Assembly: GCA_042408215.1 (NCBI GenBank)
Contig: JAYFMW010000020.1
Location: 640,001-704,000, forward strand
Length of the DNA stretch: 64,000 bases
Reading direction: 5' to 3'
Source: Microcoleus sp.
GTDB lineage: Bacteria; Cyanobacteriota; Cyanobacteriia; Cyanobacteriales; Microcoleaceae
Positions 18,701-30,032 of the stretch are shown in pieces. A program made the translations under genes and the position numbers. The notes under the pieces were generated by a model. That model did no database searches, was not told where the DNA came from, and saw nothing but the letters and a program-made list of their open reading frames with translations. Each line of letters opens with the position of its first letter. Position 1 is the first letter of the stretch.

Positions 18701-19160
18701 CTACCGCTCTAAAAATCTGGCTAAAATTAATTTTGGTGAATATCTCGAAGATTTAGTCACTAATTTATTTCACTCTTACAATATTAGCGATCGCCGGATT
18801 GAGTTGGAGGTATTGGCTGAACCGATTTTCCTGAACCTTGAGACTGCTACTCCCTGCGGTTTAATTGCTAATGAATTGGTCTCAAATACCTTGAAACACG
18901 CTTTCCCGGCTCGCGCCAATGGTACTGTTAGTGTAGAATGCTATCAAACGGGCGAGGGAGAAATTCACCTCTTAGTCAAGGACAACGGCGCTGGTTTTCC
19001 GAAAAACTTAGATTTTCGGAAAACGGGATCGATGGGTTTTCAAGTAGTCTGTACTTTAACCGAGCAGCTAGAAGGAACTCTTGAATTATCAGGAGAAATC
19101 GGCACTACGTTTCACTTAAAATTTCATGAATTAAAATATTCTCACAGGTTGGCCAAGTAA
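15765..19160 (+). CDS. CBS-PAS-GAF sensor histidine kinase (HisKA_2 type)
   Basis: N-terminal CBS pair, about four PAS/PAC domains, a GAF domain, LLKEIHHRVKNNL H-box and DNGAG G-box. Confidence 0.92.
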   Translation: MELANLPIFSSSPLEAIDRHPLTVAPETRLVDAIALMSQAIDPGALPNAQPLLDSRGTAKASTGCLLVIDGNQLVGLLSEGDVVNLIATESCWQERKVADVIKRNFMTLKVSEFTDVLTAINLFCQHSIDQLPIIDDGGQLVGLVTEKNLRLEMYNLVKMWQQEVVHLLEKPSKKLENKSEIEQGVSYEKQVENDVLRESESRYREIVEDQTELICRYLPDGRMTFVNEAYCRYFGVQPEDLLGNSFIPMILGEDREYFWEQYNLLSPEKPFFTSEHRVILPSGEIRTQQWIDRAIFDETGQIIEYQAVGRDVSDRKQAETYEQQLNAELEQRVQHCTERYELAVTAGKLVEEKLRNSEAELQALFDAMTDIVLVLDAEGRYVKIAPSAASLLYKPSEELLGKTVVEVLPLPEAELCLSYIERTLRTQQTERIDYTLEIGGKLIWFEASISPFGVDRVILVARDITQRKLTEAALQKSEEKFRNLFDDAPIALSLARVGDFRMVKVNEAHRQMFGYSDSELAAMSFADVTHPEDLEADLEQVKQLVEGYIPRFQIEKRCRKKNGELIWVNLTVTLIRALDGSPLYTMAAIEDISDSKAAELQLQQLKERLQFLLASNPAVIFTVSPEGDFGTTYISDNVRAIVGYNPEDFLADAYFWCCHIHPEDLMQFLVALSDLSEQENRICEYRFLHRDGIYRWLRTELKLLVDSRKKPIEIIGYAADISNSKCAEITLQQQFEQERLVEAIARRVRQSLQLEEILNTTVAELQQVLLADRVLVYQILPDGRGQVIAEAVADGCSHILNTIFSAEALGLANYQDYLQFPIDDVSEQEALISPGLIDLLPEIEVRAKLIVPIFQLNQLWGLLIAHQCDRDRNWREWEVNLFQQLANQLAIAIQQSLLYQQLQAELSDRKQAEENLKTSLKEKEILLKEIHHRVKNNLCVVASLLELQSETVADPQLAKMFEESQNRLYSMALIHEKLYRSKNLAKINFGEYLEDLVTNLFHSYNISDRRIELEVLAEPIFLNLETATPCGLIANELVSNTLKHAFPARANGTVSVECYQTGEGEIHLLVKDNGAGFPKNLDFRKTGSMGFQVVCTLTEQLEGTLELSGEIGTTFHLKFHELKYSHRLAK

Positions 19161-19165
19161 GAACT

Positions 19166-20275
19166 ATGAATAACCCAGAACAAATCACTACTATTTTAAT
19201 TGTAGAGGACGAACTTTTGATCGCCAAAAATTTGTCCTCAAAATTAGAAAAATTGGGATACAAAATTATAGATATCGTTTCTTCAGGAGCCGATGCTATA
19301 CAGCGGGTGGATGAAATTAAGCCAGATTTAATCTTGATGGATCTAGTCATCAAAGGCGACATTGACGGCATAGAAACAGCAGCTATAATTAATCAAGAAT
19401 TAGATATCCCAATTATCTATACAACTGCCTATGCAGACGACGAAACATTGCAGAGAGCAGAAAATACGGGTGCTTACGGCTACCTACTCAAACCGATTAA
19501 AGAAAGAGAACTGCACGCCACCATTAAGATAGCACTGAGCAAGCACAAAGAAGCACTGAGAATGCGAAATTTAATTGCATTAGCAGCAGCGCAGAGCGAA
19601 AAAAAATCGCAACTTCTTTCAATGGCATACCACGATTTAAACACTCCCTTAACTACCATACAGTTATCGGCGGAAATGCTGGAAGATTTGGCACCGGGTG
19701 GGACGCCAGTCACCATAAATAAAAATGTCGATCGCATTAAAAAAGCGGTCAGCAATATGAGTGAATTGCTCGAGGATATTTTAACTATCGGCAAGGCAGA
19801 GTCAGGGAAAATTGAATTAAATTTAAAGCCCGTAAATTTGATTTATTTATGCACCTCGATTTTGGCAGAAATGCAACCGATTGTCACTCATAAACACCGA
19901 GTAACTTTACAAATTAAAAAAGAACCCCTCCACGCTGTTCTGGATGCAAAATTGCTCAACTACCTCCTGATTAATTTGCTATCAAATGCCATAAAATATT
20001 CTCCCGATGGCGGCACAATCAGTCTAGAATTAAACTGCGATGACCAGCAGGTCATTTTTGGCGTCCGAGATCAGGGCATTGGCATTCCACTCGAATATAG
20101 AGGGAAACTTTTTCAGCAGTTTGAACGAGCTGCTAATGTAGGTAATATTAAAGGCTCGGGGTTGGGACTCTGCATTGTCAAACACATAGTTGACCTGCAC
20201 GGCGGTACAATAAGTGTGGAAAGTGCGATCGGTAAAGGTACTGCATTTACTGTCTCCCTACCTTTATATAGTTGA
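19166..20275 (+). CDS. Hybrid receiver-histidine kinase
   Basis: REC domain (ILIVED, LMD, KP), H-box YHDLNTPL, NAIKY, DQGIG and GSGLGL. Confidence 0.92.
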   Translation: MNNPEQITTILIVEDELLIAKNLSSKLEKLGYKIIDIVSSGADAIQRVDEIKPDLILMDLVIKGDIDGIETAAIINQELDIPIIYTTAYADDETLQRAENTGAYGYLLKPIKERELHATIKIALSKHKEALRMRNLIALAAAQSEKKSQLLSMAYHDLNTPLTTIQLSAEMLEDLAPGGTPVTINKNVDRIKKAVSNMSELLEDILTIGKAESGKIELNLKPVNLIYLCTSILAEMQPIVTHKHRVTLQIKKEPLHAVLDAKLLNYLLINLLSNAIKYSPDGGTISLELNCDDQQVIFGVRDQGIGIPLEYRGKLFQQFERAANVGNIKGSGLGLCIVKHIVDLHGGTISVESAIGKGTAFTVSLPLYS

Positions 20276-20393
20276 GTGTTGATTGTTGACAGTTGTTGAG
20301 TGTTGACAAGGGAATATTTTGATTTTACTTTAAGCTTTTTATCAACAGGCTTTCTGGCCTGTTCCACAAGCAAGAAATTTCTTTCCTACTGTT

Positions 20394-20786
20394 TTATGAA
20401 GTGTAGGGACACGGCAATGCCGTGTCCCTACGGGTTTATGAAGTGTAGGGACACTCCAGGAGCCCATTAGTGTCAACTTAAGCCTGAAACCCTTGAGAAA
20501 TCTGGGTTTTACGCCAAGTCTAGATCCCCCTAAATCCCCCTTAAGAAGGGAGTAGGGTGTGAGTAGGGGGTGACTTTGAGAAGACTCCTGTCCCCCCCTG
20601 GTTGTTGGGGGACTTTGAGAAGACTCCTGTCCCCCCCTTCTTAAGGGGGGCTAGGGGGGATCTAGACTTGGCTATGAACGAGGGATACCAAGGCTTTCAG
20701 GCTTAAGTTGACACCAATAGGCACGCGCTTAGTGTCCCTACGGGGATCGATAGGCGGGTGTACTTCATCAACATGGAATCTGCTGT
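20394..20786. repeat. Nested composite of palindromic repeats/MITEs
   Basis: GTAGGGACACGGCAATGCCGTGTCCCTAC palindromes, an inner element with GTGTCAACTTAAG...CTTAAGTTGACAC ends, and an outer GGAATCTGCTGTA end. Confidence 0.75.
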
Positions 20787-20807
20787 AATTCAGGACTAAA
20801 TTCCTGA

Positions 20808-21128
20808 CTACAAACCTATTGATTGTCCGAGCCAATCGAGATAAGCCTCGCTACCGGCGACAATCGGAATAGCAATAATTTCGGGAACTTCATAGGAATG
20901 CATTGCCCGCACTTTTGTTTTTAAATCCTCAAATTTAGCCAAGTCAGTTTTCATCACCAACTGCCACTCAGCAGCGGAATGAATCTCGCCTTGCCAAGCA
21001 TAAATAGAGCGAATTGGCGACAAACTCACACAAGCAGCTAGCTGATTTTCAACTAGAGATTTTGCGATCGCCTCTGCCTCCACCTCCGAATCAGCAGTTA
21101 CCAAAACTACCACAAAATTACTGTTCAT
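20808..21128 (-). CDS. cutA: CutA divalent-cation tolerance protein
   Basis: LAACV, SIYAWQG and HSYEVPEII motifs. Confidence 0.95.
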   Translation of the reverse strand: MNSNFVVVLVTADSEVEAEAIAKSLVENQLAACVSLSPIRSIYAWQGEIHSAAEWQLVMKTDLAKFEDLKTKVRAMHSYEVPEIIAIPIVAGSEAYLDWLGQSIGL

Positions 21129-21157
21129 AGTGATTAGTCAATCCTTAACGATCGACA

Positions 21158-23707
21158 TTAATGATTAATTTGCAACTTCAGGCGCACAGTGCCCTTTAAT
21201 CCTGCCGGAGGTTGCCAGGAAGTTAAAGCTCGCTTGAGAGTCTCAATGGCGTCAGTTGCTTGCAGCGTCGAGGCTTGAGAATCGATCGCCACTCGGACAA
21301 CCCGGCCATCTTGTACCCACAACTCCCACACTGTCTCGCCACTAACTCCAGTGGGGAGAGTCACAGATTGCAGGTATTGAGTCAAAAGTGCGATCGCCCC
21401 GGCATCCAACCCTTCGGCACTGACTATTTGCAAGGGAGAAGTGCTTTGCTGCGGGCGTTGCAAATCCCCGTAACCTCTTTCCCGCACAGGAAGTGGCGCC
21501 GACGGTGACAAAAGCCGAGTCGGGGTGACACTGCGAGTGCCGCCTCTAGTTGGCCCGATCGCCTCCTCCGACTCAAAAATACCTTCATAGCTCACCCCCT
21601 GTGGCAATTCTACAGGCACTTGGACTCGCCGACGCGATCCATCTGGTTCGACTCGCACTTCTTCGCTCACAGCCACAAACGCCGTGTATTCTGACAGCAA
21701 GCGATAAGTCAGAGCAGTATTAGTCACAGATTCCACGACAGATTTCGTCTCGCCACCAAACATTTGATTCATTAAATCTTTAATGCGCGATCGAGCCCAA
21801 AGTTGAGCGATCGCCTCATTGCCAAAATCAGTATTTGCGACTGTCGCGGGATTTGACTCCCGCAGCCGCACGCTGACGGAGGGAGCAAAATTAACTGGTA
21901 AAATCTGTTCGTAAGTTTTACCCCCAGCCTGAGTGCCACGGATGCGAAGTTGGCCGCTGGTGCGATCGCCCTTTCTGCCAAACAAAACTAGAGGCTGACT
22001 AGCAAATAAATCCGGTGGCGCGATCGGATAAATATCCGGTTTTTCCCCCATTCCTTCCCAACTAATTTGAAGCTCAGTCAATACCGGATTATTAATTTGG
22101 CGAAAAAACTTTTCTGCCGCTTCTGCCGACGGTTCATCTTGACGAATTACTTGAGATGTGCCTCTTCCCACTTGGGCCAAACGGTCGATCAAAAACCGAT
22201 TCACAGAACCGCCAACACCAAAACAGTAGAGTCTATTTCCCGGTTTCAGACTCCGCTGAACAAAAGCCAGCACCTCATTTTCGCCACCGATATAACCATC
22301 AGTGATTAATACAATACTCCGCAACCTTCCTGTTTTTGGAGCCGGAAAATCCATCACGGTTCGGATGCCGTTTAGTAGTTCCGTGCCGCCGTTTGCTTGC
22401 AAGTTGTCGATATAATTAATTGCCCTTTGTCGATTTGACGCCGTATTTGCTAAAGGAGCAGTTGAAAGTGCTTTTGCAGTGTTGGCAAAATCAATAATTG
22501 TAAAAGTATCGTTGGGATTTAAACCTTGAATAAAGCGGCGCATCAACTCCTGAGATTTTGCCAGCGGTTCGCCCTGTTGAGAACCGGAAGTATCCATCAA
22601 AAACACAACATCTTTAGGGACAATCTCATTACTTTTATAATTCAAGGCCGGAATCAGATAAGCTGCAAAATGCCCGCCCCGATTGTCAGCTTGAGTCAGG
22701 ACTGTTGCTTGAGTATTTTCGCCCGCTACTCGATAGCGTAAAATTAAATCTTTATTGGGAATTGTGTCAGAATTGGCTAATTTAACGCTAACTATCTTAC
22801 CGCTGCGATCGGTGACAATTTGATGAGAAGTAGAGCGGACATCCCTAATCGGAATTCCGCTATCTATTTCTACCGAAACAGCGATATCGTGACCCGATCG
22901 CGTTCCCGGAGGCATGACAGGCGGGTTAATGCGATCGGCATCAGAATTAACCCCCCCCTGCCCCCCCCTTGCTAAGGGGGGGGTTGGATTCAGATCGCCC
23001 CCCCTTGGTAAGGGGGGGTTGGGGGGGATCGAATTTCTCCCAATATAGCGAGGCCCTACCACCATTGGAAACACAAATTCGTAATCGCCGCCGACAAATT
23101 TGAGACTTTCCGTGTAGCGAATCGTAACTTCAATTTTTTCCCCCGGTTTGATATTAGCGAGAGACTGAGTAAAAATATTGTCCCGTTCTTGTTCCAGCAA
23201 ACCCGCAGTGCGGCCTTGCTGTCTGGCTTTTTCGTAAATTTCTAAAGCTTCATCGCGCCGTTTGATATCAGCTTTAATAGTTCGTGAGCCTATTTTAATT
23301 TCCATGTCATCCACCGCCGCTTCGTCGGGTAAAGGAAACACATAAACAGCTTCTAAAGGTTCGGAAAAAGGATTTTCAAACTTCTGAACAACTTCGACGC
23401 GGGAGATATTGCCGGCAATTTTGGCTTTAACTTGAGTTTGCTTGAGAGGAAAGACTTGTTCTGGGCCCTTATTTTGAGTACGCACGAACAAACCGCCGAC
23501 TGGACAAGGACTTTGGGGCGATCGACTCCTATGGCAATTAACATCATTTCCAGCCAGGATATTCGGCGACTGAGACGGAGAATTTCCCCTGGGAGCTACC
23601 GCCCGCGAGGACTGCGGAGCGAGAATAGCGCCACACTCGATCGCTGCGAGGAATGCCATACCAGCAAAAAGCAACCGTTGGGGGGATATAACGCAGACAA
23701 ACTTCAT
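21158..23707 (-). CDS. VIT + vWA domain protein with an N-terminal signal/TM segment
   Basis: VIT (EAVYVFPLP, AGLLEQER) and vWA MIDAS (DTSGS, GGT, ITDG). Confidence 0.9.
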   Translation of the reverse strand: MKFVCVISPQRLLFAGMAFLAAIECGAILAPQSSRAVAPRGNSPSQSPNILAGNDVNCHRSRSPQSPCPVGGLFVRTQNKGPEQVFPLKQTQVKAKIAGNISRVEVVQKFENPFSEPLEAVYVFPLPDEAAVDDMEIKIGSRTIKADIKRRDEALEIYEKARQQGRTAGLLEQERDNIFTQSLANIKPGEKIEVTIRYTESLKFVGGDYEFVFPMVVGPRYIGRNSIPPNPPLPRGGDLNPTPPLARGGQGGVNSDADRINPPVMPPGTRSGHDIAVSVEIDSGIPIRDVRSTSHQIVTDRSGKIVSVKLANSDTIPNKDLILRYRVAGENTQATVLTQADNRGGHFAAYLIPALNYKSNEIVPKDVVFLMDTSGSQQGEPLAKSQELMRRFIQGLNPNDTFTIIDFANTAKALSTAPLANTASNRQRAINYIDNLQANGGTELLNGIRTVMDFPAPKTGRLRSIVLITDGYIGGENEVLAFVQRSLKPGNRLYCFGVGGSVNRFLIDRLAQVGRGTSQVIRQDEPSAEAAEKFFRQINNPVLTELQISWEGMGEKPDIYPIAPPDLFASQPLVLFGRKGDRTSGQLRIRGTQAGGKTYEQILPVNFAPSVSVRLRESNPATVANTDFGNEAIAQLWARSRIKDLMNQMFGGETKSVVESVTNTALTYRLLSEYTAFVAVSEEVRVEPDGSRRRVQVPVELPQGVSYEGIFESEEAIGPTRGGTRSVTPTRLLSPSAPLPVRERGYGDLQRPQQSTSPLQIVSAEGLDAGAIALLTQYLQSVTLPTGVSGETVWELWVQDGRVVRVAIDSQASTLQATDAIETLKRALTSWQPPAGLKGTVRLKLQINH

Positions 23708-24097
23708 AGCTGTTTTTTTAGCAGATTTAAGATGCTTTGTATACCATGACCTTACCGTTGGCGAAACGTTCCTGACTTAGCTTTGTGCCAAAACTGAAGG
23801 AACGGGCTCCAAAAACTTGTAGGTTTGGTCGATCGGGCGATCGACGATCGCCTACAAGATTGTATAATAAGTTAGACAATTACATAAACTCTAACCGAAA
23901 CCTCTCAACCCCCTATAAATTGCAATTACTATGAATTTTATCAATCCCAAAACCGACTTTGCCTTGAAAAACTCCTGGGTTCTGCTGACAGTAAAGACAT
24001 TCTGATTAGCTTCTTGAATGCCATGCTATACGAAGGACAACCGGCGAGGGAAGATTTAGAAATTATCGATCCATATTTAGCACCCAAAATCAAAGGA

Positions 24098-24832
24098 GTC
24101 AATCGATTTTAGATTTTAGATTTTAGATTTTAGATTTACCCCACGGATAAATGCGGGGGCTTGAGGATTTTAGATTTGGGATTTTGGATTGATTCCACGG
24201 ATAAATCCGGGGGCTTGTACCACCTTTGAAATTATTGGTCAATCGATTTTAGATTTTAGATTTTAGATTTTAGATTTTAGATTTACCCCACGGATAAATG
24301 CGGGGGCTTGAGGATTTTAGATTTGGGATTTTGGATTGATTCCACGGATAAATCCGGGGGCTTGTACCACCTTTGAAATTATTGGTCAATCGATTTTAGA
24401 TTTTAGATTTTAGATTTTAGATTTTAGATTTTAGATTTACCCCACGGATAAATGCGGGGGCTTGAGGATTTTAGATTTGGGATTTTGGATTGATTCCACG
24501 GATAAATCCGGGGGCTTGTACCACCTTTGAAATTATTGGTCAATCGATTTTAGATTTTAGATTTTAGATTTTAGATTTTAGATTTACCCCACGGATAAAT
24601 GCGGGGGCTTGAGGATTTTAGATTTGGGATTTTGGATTGATTCCACGGATAAATCCGGGGGCTTGTACCACCTTTGAAATTATTGGTCAATCGATTTTAG
24701 ATTTTAGATTTTAGATTTTAGATTTTAGATTTACCCCACGGATAAATGCGGGGGCTTGAGGATTTTAGATTTGGGATTTTGGATTGATTCCACGGATAAA
24801 TCCGGGGGCTTGTACCACCTTTGAAATTATTG
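24098..24832 (-). mobile_element. Five head-to-tail copies of a 140-154 bp non-autonomous IS200/IS605-like (PATE/REP-like) element
   Basis: Units start at 24098, 24238, 24385, 24539 and 24686. They are identical except for 4/5/6/5/5 ATTTTAG heptamers. Each has two CAAG-footed imperfect hairpins. Removing the array restores GGA GTC AAA GAT in the Rpn frame. Confidence 0.8.
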
Positions 24833-25523
24833 GTCAAAGATACTTACTTGGATGTCAAGGCCAAGATTACTGGGGACAAGACTGCGATCGTTGAAATGCA
24901 GGTCTTGAATGTATAATCCTTCGAGAAGCGGATTTTATACAATGCCACCAAAGCTTATTCATTGCAATTAAAAAGCGGGGAAAACTACAATTTGTTAAAT
25001 CCGGTGATTGCCTTGACAATTACGGATTTCCAAATGTTTGAAAATCTCGATACAGTGATTTCGCGATTTGTTTTCAAAGAAAAAACTTTTTTGACTGAGT
25101 ATCTGCCCAATGAATTAGAAATTACCTTTGTTGAATTGCCAAAATTCAACAAGACCTTAGAGGAGTTAGAGACGCTGACTGACAAGTGGATATATTTCAT
25201 GAAAACAGCTAGAACTCTCAGGTCTGTGCCGAAATAATTGGAGGATGTACCCGAACTCCGTAAAGCTTTTGCGATCGCCAACGAAGCAAATCTAGAACCT
25301 GAAGAATTGGAAGATTTAGAGAGGCGAGAAATGTTCATTCAAGACCAGCGCGGTGCAATCACCAAAGCTACCAGACTTGGGATGGAAGAAGGCATCAGAC
25401 GAGGTATCGAACAAGGTATCGAACAAGGCATCGAACAAGGCAAGTTGCGATTAATTGTTCGTCTGTTAGAGCGGCGTTTTGGCGTACTGTCGTCGGAGAG
25501 CAAAACCCGTATCGCTCAGTTAT

Positions 25524-27072
25524 AAGAAATACCCTGAAAACCCTGTGACTTTAGTCCAGGGATGAAAGGGCGTGGCAGGATTTATCCTGCCTGTTCGTAA
25601 GTTTCAATATAACATAATGTTTAACCGTCCCCGGACAAATACTTCTAGCAATTGAGACCAAGGTCAAGATTTGTTGAGGATTAATTAACTTGTTAATTCA
25701 CGCTCTATACTAAACATAGTATCATAATAGCCAGTAAATTAAATGTACGCAGTACAAAAAGATGTTTGGCATTTAAAAGGACTCGACAAAACCATTGTCG
25801 AACAACTCTTGAGATGGTCAAATAATCTGTTCAATGTCGGAACTTACGAAAGTCGGCAACAATACTTTAAGAACCAAAGCGTAGTTAAATATCCAGATTT
25901 GTATAAAATCACCAAAACCAACGAAAATTACGGGTTGCTATACTCTCAAGTCGCCCAGCAATCTCTTAAATCTGTCGCGGAATCTTTTACTTCTTTCCGA
26001 GCCTTAGAGAAGTTGGCAAATCAAGGATAAATCCATCAAAAACCGAGACTACCAAGGTACAGAACCAAAGGGGGAATGTACCCCGTTTCATATCCCGGTC
26101 AAGCCTTAAAGGTGATTGAAAATAAAATCAGATTACCCCTGGGGAAAAAAGGAAAAGAATACTTTGGGAAAGATGCGATTTGGGTTCCGCTACCTGAACG
26201 TATCAAGAATTGCCAGATCAAAGAACTCAGGTTAATCCCTAGAAATGGTGCGGTATGGGTCGAATATGTCCACGAAAGTCTAACTGAACAAGCTCCTAGT
26301 TGTAGCCTGGAAGTAACAGGGGTTTTGGGAATAGATCGCGGCATCAATAACTGGTTAACTTGTGTCTCTAGCAATGGTAAACCTTTCATCATTGATGGAC
26401 ATAGACTCAAGTCTTGGAACCAATGGTTTAACAAATAAAAAGCGAGAGTTCAATCAGAACACACAATACATAAATTACCCAAAGGTTTCTCGTCAAAAAG
26501 ATTACAACAGTTGTCGGAAATTCGCACTAGAAGGATGAGAGATGCTGTCAACAAAGCAGTTAGAACCATCGTAGATTATTGCGAAAATCACCAAATAAAC
26601 GTCTTAGTCTTTGGCTGGAACAAGGGACAGAAGCAAGAGGTGAATATGGGGGTCGTGACTAATCAGATTTTTGTCCAAATACCCACTGCTAAAGTCAAAT
26701 ATAGACTCCAGCAAGAGTGTGACTTAAGGGGGTGGCGATTTGTCGAACAAGACGAATCTTACACATCAAAAGCAAGTTTTTTAGACCGAGACATTTTGCC
26801 AGTAAAAGTCGGTGAAAAACCTGACAATTGGCAACCATCGGGTAAAAGAATCAAAAGAGGATTGTACCGTTCGGCTCAGGGATTAACTCTGAATGCCGAT
26901 GTTAACGGTGCAGCAAACATCATCCGAAAATCAATCATTTGCCATAGACTCAATTATTGAGAGAGTGGGTAGCGGGTTGCTGACTAATCCTTTGAGAATT
27001 AAACTTTGGGCGGATTCATCCCCCAAAGTTTGTCCTTAAGAATCCCCGTGTCTTCAGACCGGGGAATGTCAA
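25524..27072 (+). mobile_element. IS200/IS605-family tnpB-only element (IS1341-like)
   Basis: Inserted 3' of TTAT. LE hairpin AAAA-CCCTGTGACTTTAGTCCAGGG; RE GAAT-CCCCGTG...GGGG...TCAA. Excision restores the Rpn reading frame. Confidence 0.9.
25743..27039 (+). pseudogene. tnpB: tnpB pseudogene
   Basis: Three ORF fragments collinear with the intact copy at 59198-60502. TAA stops at 26028 and 26436 and a frameshift near 26930. Confidence 0.9.
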
Positions 27073-27241
27073 CTGCATCGCAATTAGAGAATCTAGGAGA
27101 GGCGCTATTAGACTTTACCACTTTGTCAGATTTGACAACTTGGTTGCAAGCACATAACAATCGTCGATGATTAGTCAAATGGGTGTAGGGTAATCCCCCG
27201 TGGTTGCCCTTATGGATGACCTATGTCACATTTGAGTGTGA

Positions 27242-28933
<1,692 letters not shown>

Positions 28934-29222
28934 GCTGCTAATCGGCATTTAAATTGCGCGATCGTGCAACAGTAGTCCTGGACACATAAACTCAATCTGT
29001 AGGGTGCGCCTCGGCGCACCTTGCCGCTACCAGTAGTGTTGATCTGCTGTTTTTGGGTCCAGGACTGTTTCGGTCAAAAGGCTACGGCGACAGGTGCAAG
29101 CAGCTTGAAAAATTGCCATCTAATTTTAGCAAGCATTGCGACTTAATTTTTGGGCTGGGATTTGAAGGATGAGTTGTCAAACTATCCTAAAATACCAGGG
29201 AACACAGGTTTGAGGAGGTCTT

Positions 29223-29645
29223 GTGGCTTACTGGATCAAATTTACTTATGAGAAAAATACATATCTAATTGACCTGGACACTATTGGTGCTTTTTCTAGC
29301 GAACTGGATAATAAGCGGCTCACATTTTGGCTGCCTAATAGCAGTCAACCGATTATCCTGATTCCCCACGCCAACTCTGACACTTACAAGCAAGTTCTCG
29401 ATTACCTCAAAAAAACGATCGATCGCAATTTTAAAGGTGCCTGGGTAAAAATCAACTATGACCGTAAAGAATTTGCGATCGATTTGAGTAGAATTAGCTC
29501 TTTTGTCTGCGAACCTAACGGTCGGCTAAGCTTTTGGCTGCCCGACAGTGCAAATACGATTATTCTCACCCGCCAAGGCAACCAGGACGCTTATCAAAAA
29601 GTGCATGACTATATTAAAAATACGACAGGACAATCTCTGCTTTGA
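29223..29645 (+). CDS. Hypothetical protein made of two tandem ~70-aa domains
   Basis: GGAGG RBS and GTG start. The internal duplication repeats W(I/V)K..Y....IDL..I..F.....RL.FWLP.S...IIL. Confidence 0.8.
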   Translation: MAYWIKFTYEKNTYLIDLDTIGAFSSELDNKRLTFWLPNSSQPIILIPHANSDTYKQVLDYLKKTIDRNFKGAWVKINYDRKEFAIDLSRISSFVCEPNGRLSFWLPDSANTIILTRQGNQDAYQKVHDYIKNTTGQSLL

Positions 29646-29659
29646 AAAAGTCATTGGTC

Positions 29660-29766
29660 ATATCTAATCCGGTAGCATCGTCCTGTATTCATCTCTCTAT
29701 GCTCTCCCTCTGTGTCCTCTGTGTTCTCTGCGGTTAAATCATTCCTATCCAACCGGAAACGAGATC
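29660..29766. repeat. MITE-like repeat (ATATC..CCGGTAGCATC...CAACCGGAAACGAGAT ends)
   Basis: The same terminal motifs occur at 37681-37940 and 50252-50354. Confidence 0.65.
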
Positions 29767-30032
29767 GTTGGTTATGAGTTATTAGTTATTAGTCATGGGT
29801 GATTGGTTATGGGTTATTAGTTATTAGTCATTGGTCAATTGCCCAAACTTTTTTAGTCATGAACCTTTCTACCTGGTGGCGTCGGGTTTTGTGTGTGTTT
29901 TTATGTCTATTTGGAAAAAGAACACCTGTTTTTGGGTAGAATATAATCTCCAATTATACTTGGAGAGGAATCGATACAGAAAAATTTATATTTAACCGAT
30001 CTTGAATATATCGATCGCTCCTACTGATACAT

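Larger units (their letters stand above)
23931..27170 (+). pseudogene. Rpn-family (PD-(D/E)XK nuclease/putative transposase) pseudogene with a DUF4351-like tail, split by two insertions
   Basis: MNFINPKTDFA..., LDVKA...IVEMQV, FVELPKF, DKWIYF and GIEQ repeats. The frame resumes after the IS as SASQLENLGEALLDF...WL*. It also has a frameshift near 23970 and internal stops. Confidence 0.88.

Noticed and set aside
24098..24832. Possible CRISPR array
   Set aside because: The units are identical apart from heptamer number, so there are no unique spacers, and there are no cas genes in the window.
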